64,000 nt of DNA, taken from NCBI GenBank assembly GCA_046046615.1, contig JBJOJL010000003.1, forward strand, positions 24,173 to 88,172, in the 5' to 3' direction. The translations under genes were made by a program, and so were the position numbers. Below the pieces are notes generated by a model, which saw only the letters and a list, made by a program, of their open reading frames with translations, ran no database searches and was not told the DNA's origin. Numbering within the stretch: the first letter of the stretch is position 1; every line of letters begins with the position of its first letter. This stretch comes from Pseudomonadota bacterium. Its GTDB lineage: Bacteria > Pseudomonadota > Alphaproteobacteria > Caulobacterales > Caulobacteraceae. Below are positions 48,414 to 59,190 of the stretch, in pieces.

Positions 48414-49538
48414 ATGTCAGAAGCCCACGCCCTTCGCCCCTGGCGAACCATCGTCCGCCGGAAGAGCCGCAAGATCCGGGTCGGTCACGTCGAGGTCGGC
48501 GGCGACGCCCCGATCAGCGTCCAGTCCATGACGAACACCCTGACGGCGGACGCGGCGTCGACCATCGACCAGATCCGCCAGATGGAGGAGGCGGGCGCCG
48601 ACATCGTCCGGGTGTCGTGTCCCGACGAGGCCTCGACTGCGGCCCTGCCCCAGATCGTCAGAGCGGCGAAGGTCCCCATCGTGGCGGACATCCACTTCCA
48701 TTACCGCCGGGGCATCGAGGCGGCGAAGGCCGGCGCGGCCTGCCTGCGGATCAACCCTGGCAACATCGGCAGCCCTGACCGGGTGCGCGAGGTGATCCAG
48801 GCGGCCCGGGACCATGGCTGCTCCATCCGCATCGGCGTCAACGCCGGCAGCCTGGAGAGCCACCTTCTGGAAAAGTACGGCGAGCCCTGCCCTGACGCCA
48901 TGGTCGAGAGCGCCCTCGACCACGCCCGCATCCTCCAGGACCACGACTTCCACGAGTTCAAGATCAGCGTGAAGGCCTCGGACCTGTTCATGACCGTGGC
49001 CGCCTACCAGATGCTGGCCGAGGCCATCGACTGTCCCCTGCACATCGGCGTCACCGAGGCCGGCGGCCAGCGGATCGGGACGGTCAAGTCGGCCATCGGC
49101 ATGGGCGCCCTGCTCTGGGCCGGGATCGGCGACACCCTGCGGGTCTCCCTGGCGGCGGATCCGGTGGAGGAGGTGAAGGTCGGCTTCGACCTGCTGAAGT
49201 CGCTCGGCCTGCGCCACCGGGGGGTGAACATCATCGCCTGCCCGTCCTGCGCCCGGCAGGGGTTCGACGTGATCCGGACGGTCGAGACCCTCGAGGCCCG
49301 GCTCGCCCACATCGCCACCCCCATGAGCCTGTCCATCATCGGCTGCGTGGTGAACGGCCCCGGCGAGGCCCTGATGACGGACGTCGGCTTCACGGGCGGC
49401 GGCAAGGGGTCGGGCATGGTCTACCTGGCCGGGAAGGCCGACCACAAGATGGACAATGACCGCATGGTCGACCATATCGTCGAGTTGGTGGAGCAGCGCG
49501 CCGCCGAGCTTGAACGCGCGTCCCAAGGCCCCACCTAA
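48414..49538 (+). CDS. ispG: (E)-4-hydroxy-3-methylbut-2-enyl-diphosphate synthase
   Basis: [41 protein letters not shown] and GCVVNGPGE motifs. Confidence 0.97.
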   Translation: MSEAHALRPWRTIVRRKSRKIRVGHVEVGGDAPISVQSMTNTLTADAASTIDQIRQMEEAGADIVRVSCPDEASTAALPQIVRAAKVPIVADIHFHYRRGIEAAKAGAACLRINPGNIGSPDRVREVIQAARDHGCSIRIGVNAGSLESHLLEKYGEPCPDAMVESALDHARILQDHDFHEFKISVKASDLFMTVAAYQMLAEAIDCPLHIGVTEAGGQRIGTVKSAIGMGALLWAGIGDTLRVSLAADPVEEVKVGFDLLKSLGLRHRGVNIIACPSCARQGFDVIRTVETLEARLAHIATPMSLSIIGCVVNGPGEALMTDVGFTGGGKGSGMVYLAGKADHKMDNDRMVDHIVELVEQRAAELERASQGPT

Positions 49539-49637
49539 TCAGGCTGCCGCGGCGGATCCGTCGATGGCGAACGGAAGCGCCGCTTGCAAGGCCTTGCAGG
49601 GCTTGTCGAGGCGCCGCTTCGCAATGAGGAGAGAGCC

Positions 49638-49931
49638 ATGTCTGCGGACGGCAACTGGAAGATCACGATCAACACCCCGATGGGCGCTCAGGAAGTGAAC
49701 GCCTCCATCACCACCAGCGGCGACACCTTCACCGGCAAGACCACCGGCCGGATGGGCGACCAGGACATCTCCGGCAAAGTCGACGGCGACAAGCTGACCT
49801 GGTCCTCGTCCATCACCAGCCCGATGCCGATGACCCTCGAGTTCGAAGCCACCGTCAGCGGCGACAGCCTGTCGGGCAACGTCAAGCTCGGCGCCTTCGG
49901 CAACGCCTCGCTGAGCGGCGTGCGCGTCTGA
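49638..49931 (+). CDS. Small all-beta hypothetical protein (DGNW...TPMG motif)
   Basis: Strong SD (GAGGAGAG), high GC3 codons, alternating beta-strand pattern, no signal peptide. Confidence 0.75.
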   Translation: MSADGNWKITINTPMGAQEVNASITTSGDTFTGKTTGRMGDQDISGKVDGDKLTWSSSITSPMPMTLEFEATVSGDSLSGNVKLGAFGNASLSGVRV

Positions 49932-50060
49932 TCCGAACCCGGATCGCGGGCGGCCCCCAGCGGGTCGCCCGCCCCTCCGCCGGCCAGCCTCCGGGATTTG
50001 GCAAGCCGCGCGCGGCGGGCTAGAAGCCTGCCTCTCCCGCCCCCCTGAAGATCCCGCCCC

Positions 50061-51137
50061 TTGCGACTTCCCCAAGCACGCCTCGACCAGGTCCTCGGTC
50101 GCTTCCACGAGATCGAGGCCCGCATGTCCGCCGCCTCGGACGGCGCGGAGATCGTGCGCCTGTCGCGCGAGCATTCCGAGCTGAAGCCCGTGGTGGAGGC
50201 CGTCCGGGCGCTGGAGAAGGTCCGGGCCGAGGCGCCGGAGCTGGAGGAGATGGCCGCCTCGGGGGACGCCGACATGTCCGCCCTGGCCCGGGACGAGCTG
50301 GAGGCCCTGAAGGACCGCCTGCCCGAACTGGAGCGCCAGGTCGCCCTGCTCCTCGCCCCCCGGGACCGCGACGAGAACGCCTCGGCCATCCTCGAGGTGC
50401 GGGCCGGCACCGGCGGCGACGAGGCCGCCCTCTTCGCCGGCGACCTCTTCCGCATGTACCAGCGCTACGCCGCCCTGCACGGCTGGCGGGTGGAGATCGA
50501 CTCGGTCTCCGAGGGCGAGGTCGGCGGCTACAAGGAAATCATCGCCTCGATCACCGGCGAGGGCGTCTTCGGCCGGCTGAAATTCGAGAGCGGGGTCCAC
50601 CGGGTCCAGCGGGTGCCCGAGACCGAAGCCGGCGGGCGCATCCACACCTCGGCGGCCACGGTGGCCGTCCTGCCGGAGGTGGAGGACGTGGACATCGAGA
50701 TCCGCGAGGCGGACCTGCGCATCGACACCTACCGCTCGTCGGGCGCCGGCGGCCAGCACGTCAACAAGACCGACTCCGCAGTGCGCATCACCCACATTCC
50801 CACTGGGATCGTCGTGACGTCTTCGGAGAAGTCGCAACACCAGAACCGGGCGCGGGCGCTGAAGGTCCTGCAGGCCCGCCTCTACGACCAGAAGCGCGAG
50901 GCCCTGGATACGGCGCGGGCGGACGCCCGGCGCAGCCAGGTCGGTTCCGGCGACCGGTCCGAGCGCATCCGTACCTACAACTTCCCTCAGGGGCGGGTGA
51001 CGGACCACAGGATCAACCTGACCCTCTACAACCTGGCCAAGGTGCTGGAGGGCGAGGCCCTGGACGATATCATCAACCCCCTGATCGCCGAGGACCAGGC
51101 CGCGCGCCTGGCCAGCCTGGAAGCGGAGTTCGCCTGA
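50061..51137 (+). CDS. prfA: Peptide chain release factor 1
   Basis: [20 protein letters not shown] (PxT), GAGGQHVN (GGQ) and [10 protein letters not shown] motifs. Confidence 0.97.
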   Translation: MRLPQARLDQVLGRFHEIEARMSAASDGAEIVRLSREHSELKPVVEAVRALEKVRAEAPELEEMAASGDADMSALARDELEALKDRLPELERQVALLLAPRDRDENASAILEVRAGTGGDEAALFAGDLFRMYQRYAALHGWRVEIDSVSEGEVGGYKEIIASITGEGVFGRLKFESGVHRVQRVPETEAGGRIHTSAATVAVLPEVEDVDIEIREADLRIDTYRSSGAGGQHVNKTDSAVRITHIPTGIVVTSSEKSQHQNRARALKVLQARLYDQKREALDTARADARRSQVGSGDRSERIRTYNFPQGRVTDHRINLTLYNLAKVLEGEALDDIINPLIAEDQAARLASLEAEFA

Positions 51138-51901
51138 TGGACGCCCTCGTCACCGGCCTGTTCCGGTATCCCATCAAGGGCTTCTCCGCCGAAGCCCTTT
51201 CCCAGGCCGACCTGGTCCCCGGCCGCGCCATCGCCCAGGACCGTCGCTGGGTGGTGGAGAACGGACCCTCCGGGTTCGACCCCGACGCCCCGCAGTACAT
51301 CCCGAAGATGAAGTTCGCCGTCCTGGCCGCCCATCCCGGAGTCGCCGCAGCCCGCACCCGGGTGAACGGCACCGCCCTGTCCGCCTCGGCCCAGGGGCGA
51401 CCCGACTTCCACGGCGACCTTGGTGCGGAGGCCGGGCGCGAGGGCTTCGCCGGATGGGTCCGGGACCTCCTGGGCGAGGACGCCCGCGACGGCGTCCGTG
51501 TGCTGCAGGCGCCTGACCACCACTTCCTTGACCACCCCCTGGGCCACGTCTCGATCATCAACATGGCCAGCGTCCGCGACCTGGAGTCGCGGATCGGACG
51601 GCCGGTCGATCCCCTTCGCTTCCGGGGCAACCTCTATGTCGAGGGCTGGGAGCCCTGGGTGGAGAACGGCTGGAAGGGCCGCAACCTCATGCTCGGCTTC
51701 GCCCGCGCGACGGTCTTCGCCCCCATCGTCCGCTGCGCCGCCACCGAAGTGGATCCGGAAACCGCCGAGCGGGACCTGCCCCTGGTCGAGCACCTCTTCG
51801 AGCAGTACGGCCACCGGGACTGCGGGATCTACGTCCAGATCACCCACGGGGGGACCGTGCGGGTGGGCGACGCCTGCAGCACCCCCGGCGATCCGGAATG
51901 A
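51137..51901 (+). CDS. MOSC domain protein (YcbX/mARC-like, no ferredoxin domain)
   Basis: LFRYPIKG, QDRRW, LIN-like SIINMASV, RFRGNLY, conserved Cys in IVRCAAT and CGIY. Confidence 0.88.
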   Translation: MDALVTGLFRYPIKGFSAEALSQADLVPGRAIAQDRRWVVENGPSGFDPDAPQYIPKMKFAVLAAHPGVAAARTRVNGTALSASAQGRPDFHGDLGAEAGREGFAGWVRDLLGEDARDGVRVLQAPDHHFLDHPLGHVSIINMASVRDLESRIGRPVDPLRFRGNLYVEGWEPWVENGWKGRNLMLGFARATVFAPIVRCAATEVDPETAERDLPLVEHLFEQYGHRDCGIYVQITHGGTVRVGDACSTPGDPE

Positions 51902-52767
51902 GCCGCAACCTCCTCCAGGCCTGGCAGGGCGCAAGGGCCCGGCTGGAGGCGGCGGGAATCCCCGGGCCGGTCATCGACGCCCGGGTCCTGGTGGAGGCCG
52001 CCTGCGGCGTCACCCGGGCGGACATCGTCGGCGACCCCTACCGGGAGCTGGATGCGGGCCAGGTCGCCCGGCTGGACGACTATCTCGAGCGGCGCATCCG
52101 CCGGGAGCCCGTCAGTCATATCCTGGGTCGCCGGGGCTTCTGGAACATCATGCTGGGCGTGACGCCGGACGTCCTGACGCCCCGCCCCGAGACCGAGGTC
52201 ATCGTCGACCACGCCCTCCGCCTGTTCCCGGAGGGGCGGTCGTTCCGCGTCCTTGACCTCGGCGTGGGCTCGGGCGCCATCCTGCTGGCCATCCTGGCCG
52301 AGCGTCCCGTCGCCCGTGGACTCGGCGTGGACGCCTCGGAGGAGGCCCTCGCCGTGGCGCGGGACAACGCCGCCAGCCTGGGCATGGGCGGTCGGGTCGC
52401 CCTGCTGCGGGGCGACTGGACGGCGGGACTGGCGGAGGCCGACTTCGACCTGGTGGTCTCCAACCCGCCCTACATCGCCACGGATGTCATCGAGACCCTG
52501 GATCCCGAGGTCCGGGTCTATGAACCCCGGCTTGCCCTCGATGGCGGCCCCGATGGCCTGGACGCCTACCGGATCCTGGCGCCGGAGATCCTGAGGGTCC
52601 TCAGGCCTGGCGGCCGGTTCCTGGTGGAGATCGGCTATGACCAGAAGGTGGCGGTGGAGGCCCTCTTCCGTCAGGCGGGCGCCCTGGAGGTCGAGACCCT
52701 GCCTGACCTTTCGACCCACGACCGCGTCGTGACGGGCGTGAAAAACCCCTTGGAAACTGGCGGCTGA
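51898..52767 (+). CDS. prmC: Release factor glutamine methyltransferase
   Basis: RRIRREPVSHILG, LTPRPETE, LDLGVGSG, VSNPPY and ALDGGPDG motifs. Confidence 0.95.
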   Translation: MSRNLLQAWQGARARLEAAGIPGPVIDARVLVEAACGVTRADIVGDPYRELDAGQVARLDDYLERRIRREPVSHILGRRGFWNIMLGVTPDVLTPRPETEVIVDHALRLFPEGRSFRVLDLGVGSGAILLAILAERPVARGLGVDASEEALAVARDNAASLGMGGRVALLRGDWTAGLAEADFDLVVSNPPYIATDVIETLDPEVRVYEPRLALDGGPDGLDAYRILAPEILRVLRPGGRFLVEIGYDQKVAVEALFRQAGALEVETLPDLSTHDRVVTGVKNPLETGG

Positions 52768-52778
52768 GCCGCTAGACC
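52750..52778 (+). promoter_or_regulatory. Predicted sigma70 promoter of the DUF4167 gene, giving a leader of about 220 nt
   Basis: TTGGAA-17 nt-TAGACC (GCTAGA context), overlapping the prmC stop. Confidence 0.5.
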
Positions 52779-53004
52779 CGTCTCCGGTCTCCACTCAAAC
52801 CGTCGACGCCATGGACCGCCTGACCCTCAGGATCGGGCCCCGCGCCGGCAGGCCGTTCCGTCAAAAGCGAAACGCCAGGCGCCGGGTGGAATGACGGGGA
52901 ACTTTTCACTTCGGATCAGCTGCGCCGGGAGGGACCCGGCGGACAGGCCAGAAGAACAGCCCTAGCCCGCACCGGATGACGGCGGGTCGGCGGAACGGCA
53001 GGAC

Positions 53005-53952
53005 ATGAGAGATTTCAAGGGCATGAAGCGTCAGCGCGGTCGCAATCGCAGCGCCGGTGGCAAGCCTCAGCAGCACAATGCGAACCGGGCCCTGGAGTCC
53101 AACGGCCCCGAGGGGGTCAAGGTCCGCGGCAACGCCCAGACGGTCTTCGAGCGCTACCAGCAGCTGGCCCGCGACGCCGCCTCTGCAGGCGACCGGGTCC
53201 TGGCCGAGAACTTCCTCCAGCACGCCGAGCATTATTTTCGCCTGATCCGGGCCATGCAGCCCACCCGGCCGGCCTCGGAGATCATCGGCCGCGACCAGTA
53301 CAATTCGGGCTTTGACGTCGACTTCGAGGAAGAACCCGGCGAGGGCGCCGCCGAGGCCGAACCCGCCGAGGCCGAAGCCGAACCCCGCGAGCGGGGGTCC
53401 TGGCGTGACCGCGACGACCGCCGCGAACGCTTCCGCGACCGCGACGAGCGCCAGCGCGACGACAGGCCGCGTGACGATCGGCCGCGTGACGATCGCCCAA
53501 GGGAGGATCGCCAAAGGGACGACCGGCCGAGGGACGAGCGTCCCCGCGAGGACCGCCAGCGCGAGGATCGCCCCCGTGAAGACCGGCCCCGTGAGGACCG
53601 TACCCGTGAGGACCGTACCCGGGGCGAGCGCTTCGAGGGCGGACGCAGGGATCGCTGGCGCGACCGCGAGGACCGCCCGGAGCGGAGCCGCGAGGACCGT
53701 CCCGAGCGCGACCCCATGGCGGTGGTCGAGCCCAGCGGCGGCGCCATCGCGCCCCCGGCCGAGGACCGGCCGCCCTCGCCCACCCTCCGAAGCGAGGACG
53801 GCGCCGAGAGCCAGGCGCCCGACTTCCTGCGCCCCCGCCGTCCGCGGGCCGAGGCCGAAACCGAGGAGGCGCGCCCCCCGAGGCGCCGTCGGGCTCCGCG
53901 CAGCTTCGAGGGCGACGAGGGCCAGGGCGGCGGATCGACCGGCGAAGGCTGA
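53005..53952 (+). CDS. DUF4167 domain protein with a long charged disordered C-terminus
   Basis: ESNGPEGVKVRGNAQTVFERYQQLARDA...AENFLQHAEHYFR is the DUF4167 pattern, in its usual place after prmC. SD AGGA upstream. Confidence 0.88.
   Translation: MRDFKGMKRQRGRNRSAGGKPQQHNANRALESNGPEGVKVRGNAQTVFERYQQLARDAASAGDRVLAENFLQHAEHYFRLIRAMQPTRPASEIIGRDQYNSGFDVDFEEEPGEGAAEAEPAEAEAEPRERGSWRDRDDRRERFRDRDERQRDDRPRDDRPRDDRPREDRQRDDRPRDERPREDRQREDRPREDRPREDRTREDRTRGERFEGGRRDRWRDREDRPERSREDRPERDPMAVVEPSGGAIAPPAEDRPPSPTLRSEDGAESQAPDFLRPRRPRAEAETEEARPPRRRRAPRSFEGDEGQGGGSTGEG
53440..53619 (+). repeat. 12 x 15-bp coding repeat encoding R-[D/E]-[D/E]-R-[P/Q/T]
   Basis: RDERQ RDDRP RDDRP RDDRP REDRQ RDDRP RDERP REDRQ REDRP REDRP REDRT REDRT, with synonymous codons varying between units. 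Confidence 0.93.
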
Positions 53953-53998
53953 TCACGGCGTGGTTGCGCCGGGGTGGCTTCGGGGCTAGCCCTTGGGG

Positions 53999-54481
53999 AT
54001 GGCGCACGATTGCGGACACGATGACGGCCCTGGACAGGGCCTGGCTGGACAGGGGCTCGCAGAGGCCCTGGCCGACGCCGAGGCGCGCTGCACAGCCGCC
54101 CGCGAGCGACTGACCGCGCCCCGCCGCCGGGTCCTGGAGCTCTTGCTGTCGGCGGACGCCCCCCTGAAGGCCTACGACATGATCGCCGCCTTCGGGGGCG
54201 ACGGGGCGCCAGCCAAGCCGCCCACCGTCTACCGGGCTCTCGACTTCCTGGAGAAGCAGGGCTTCGCCCACCGCATCGAGAGCCTGAACGCCTACGTCCC
54301 CTGCCGGATGCGGGGCGACGCCCACCGGGCGGCCTTCCTGATCTGTGATTGCTGCGGGGCGGCCCGCGAGTTCGAACCCGGCCTCGACGCCGGCCTCGCG
54401 GCGGCGGCGGAGGCCGGCTACACGGTGCGCAGCCTGACCCTCGAGGCCCGCGGCCTCTGCCCCGCCTGCCGCGCCGGCTGA
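53999..54481 (+). CDS. zur: Fur family regulator, Zur-like
   Basis: LTAPRRRVLELL, PPTVYRALDFL, HRIESLNAY, CDCCG and CPAC motifs, with a His-containing N-terminus. Promoter TTGCGC(53964)-17-TAGCCC(53987-53992) places +1 at ATG 53999 (leaderless). Confidence 0.75.
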   Translation: MAHDCGHDDGPGQGLAGQGLAEALADAEARCTAARERLTAPRRRVLELLLSADAPLKAYDMIAAFGGDGAPAKPPTVYRALDFLEKQGFAHRIESLNAYVPCRMRGDAHRAAFLICDCCGAAREFEPGLDAGLAAAAEAGYTVRSLTLEARGLCPACRAG

Positions 54482-54496
54482 GCCCGGGCGCCCGCC

Positions 54497-54922
54497 GTGA
54501 TCGAGGTCACCCCGGACATCCTCATCCCCGAGGACGAGATCACCGAGCGGTTCATCCGCGCCGCGGGTCCTGGCGGGCAGAACGTCAACAAGGTCTCCAC
54601 CGCCGTCGAGCTGCGCTTCGATGTCCGCCGGTCGCCATCCCTGCCCAATGACGTCGCCGTCCGGCTGATGAAGCTGGCGGGCCGGCGGCTGACCCAGGAC
54701 GGCGTGCTGGTGCTCAGCGTCATGACCCACCGCAGCCAGGAGCGGAACCGGGCCGAGGCCCTGCAGCGGCTCGTGGAGCTGATCCGCAAGGCGGCCGAGC
54801 CGCCCCCGCCGCCGCGCAAGCGCACCCGACCCACCCTGGCCTCGAAGGTCCGGCGTGTGGAGGGCAAGGTGCGCCGGGGCGGCGTGAAGTCCCTCAGGGG
54901 AAGGGTCCGGGGCGAGGACTGA
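54497..54922 (+). CDS. arfB: Alternative ribosome rescue factor B (YaeJ)
   Basis: GPGGQNVNKVSTAVELRF, RSQERNR and a basic C-terminal tail RKRTRPT...KVRRGGVKSLR. Confidence 0.93.
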   Translation: MIEVTPDILIPEDEITERFIRAAGPGGQNVNKVSTAVELRFDVRRSPSLPNDVAVRLMKLAGRRLTQDGVLVLSVMTHRSQERNRAEALQRLVELIRKAAEPPPPPRKRTRPTLASKVRRVEGKVRRGGVKSLRGRVRGED

Positions 54923-54941
54923 TCCCCGCCCCTCCCTTGCG

Positions 54942-57524
<2,583 letters not shown>

Positions 57525-57587
57525 GTGTCCCCTCGTAAGGCGGATGGAGGACGGTCGCCTTGATCAAGCGCAACCGCCGCTCCCGGG

Positions 57588-57615
57588 ATGTAGTGTTGCC
57601 CTTGCGCAACACAAG
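57588..57615 (-). promoter_or_regulatory. RpoH (sigma32)-type promoter of clpB
   Basis: Minus strand CTTG-18 nt-CTACAT fits the alphaproteobacterial CTTG-N17/18-CTATAT consensus. Confidence 0.6.
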
Positions 57616-57643
57616 TCCCGACCGCCCCGCGAGGACCCGTGGA

Positions 57644-59062
57644 TCAGTTCCGCGCGTAGAGCTTGACCACTTCGTAGAGGTAGTCCCGGCCCTCGTAGAG
57701 CGCCTGGACCCCGATCCGCTCGTTCAGGCCGTGGGCGCCGCTGTCGCCGGGCGGGCTGAACATGCCCGAGAGGCCGTAGGTCGGGACTCCCGCGGCCAGC
57801 AGGAAGCGACCGTCCGTGGCCCCGGTGGACATGGCCGGCACGATCGGCACGCCGGGCCACATGGCCGACGCCACCTTGGTCGCAGGGCCCATGATCCGGG
57901 CGTTCAGGGGCGGCGGGGGCGAAACCGGGCTGGGCCTGCCGACGGTCTCCACCGTGATCCCGGGATCGTTGATGACCGAGGCCAGGGTCTTGCGGACGTC
58001 CTCGACCTTCTCGCCGGGCAGGATGCGGCAGTTGACGTTGGCCTCGGCCCTCTGGGGCAGGGCGTTGGGAGCGTGGCCCGCCTTCACCTGGGTCGGCACG
58101 CAGGTGGTCCGCATCATGGAGTTGCGCCCCGGCGAGCGCGCCAGGAAGGCGGAGGCGGCGGCGTCGGAGGGGTTGGCCGCCAGGGCCTTCATGGCCGCGC
58201 CGGTCTCGCCGCCCTCGATCTCGGCCATCCGGGCGTAGTGGTTGCGGGTGGCCTCGTTCAGGGCGATGGGGAAGTCATGGGCGCCGATCCGGGTCAGGCC
58301 CTGGGACAAGCGGACGATGGCGTTGTCCTTGACCGGCCGCGAGGAGTGGCCGCCCGGGTTGGTGATCCGCAGGGTGAAGTCCTGGTAGACCTTCTCGCCG
58401 GCCTGGATGCCCAGGAAGACCTTCCTGCCGCTAGCGTCGACCTGGCCGCCGGCGCCCTCGTTCAGGGCGAACTCGGCGTCCATCAGCTCGCGCCGGTTGG
58501 CGATCAGCCACTCGACGCCGTTGAAGTTATCCGGCGTTTCCTCGCCGCAGGTCAGGGCCAGACGGAGGCTGCGCTTCGGCTTCAGGCCCTCGCGCTTGTA
58601 GCGGATCATGTTGTCGGCGAAGGCGGCGGCCATCGCCTTGTCGTCGCTGGCGCCCCGCGCATAGAAGAAGCCGTTCTCCTCCACCAGGGTGAAGGGATCG
58701 CGCTCCCAGTCGGCCCGGTTGGCCTCGACCACGTCGATGTGGGCCAGCAGCAGGATGGGCTTCAGCTTGGGGTCGGTCCCCGCCAGCGTGGCGATCAGGG
58801 CGCCCTGCTTCGGCTGCTCCGGCGGAACCACGACCTCCATCTCCCGGTCGGTGTAGCCCGCAGCCTTGAGGCGGACGGCGAGCCGCTCGGCCGCCAGGGT
58901 GCAGCTGCCTGAGGACAGGGTCGTGTTGGTCTCGATCAGCTCCTTGTAGAGTTCCCGAAAGGCGGCCTGGTCAGGTCGGAGCCCCGCCGGCGCAGGCGGT
59001 GCGGCGAGGGCGGGCGCGGCGCCCATCAGGGCGAAACCAGCTATCATCAGGGAACGAAACAT
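57644..59062 (-). CDS. Exported M20/M25/M40 family metallopeptidase
   Basis: Signal peptide; LLAHIDVV, RGASDDK, CGEE, ALNEG, GATDG and AHGLNE motifs. Confidence 0.9.
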   Translation of the reverse strand: MFRSLMIAGFALMGAAPALAAPPAPAGLRPDQAAFRELYKELIETNTTLSSGSCTLAAERLAVRLKAAGYTDREMEVVVPPEQPKQGALIATLAGTDPKLKPILLLAHIDVVEANRADWERDPFTLVEENGFFYARGASDDKAMAAAFADNMIRYKREGLKPKRSLRLALTCGEETPDNFNGVEWLIANRRELMDAEFALNEGAGGQVDASGRKVFLGIQAGEKVYQDFTLRITNPGGHSSRPVKDNAIVRLSQGLTRIGAHDFPIALNEATRNHYARMAEIEGGETGAAMKALAANPSDAAASAFLARSPGRNSMMRTTCVPTQVKAGHAPNALPQRAEANVNCRILPGEKVEDVRKTLASVINDPGITVETVGRPSPVSPPPPLNARIMGPATKVASAMWPGVPIVPAMSTGATDGRFLLAAGVPTYGLSGMFSPPGDSGAHGLNERIGVQALYEGRDYLYEVVKLYARN

Positions 59063-59190
59063 GAGGCCTCCTTGTCGGAGGGCGATCCTAGTCCCGGAAG
59101 ACCGGCGGCGCCTACGGAGAGAAGGGACTTTTCAATTCCCGGGCGAGCGCACATAAAGCTTTTGCTTTCTTTTCCTCCGGGAGCCTGACC

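Noticed and set aside
57530-57640. CIRCE/HrcA operator at clpB
   Set aside because: The palindromes present do not match TTAGCACTC-N9-GAGTGCTAA.
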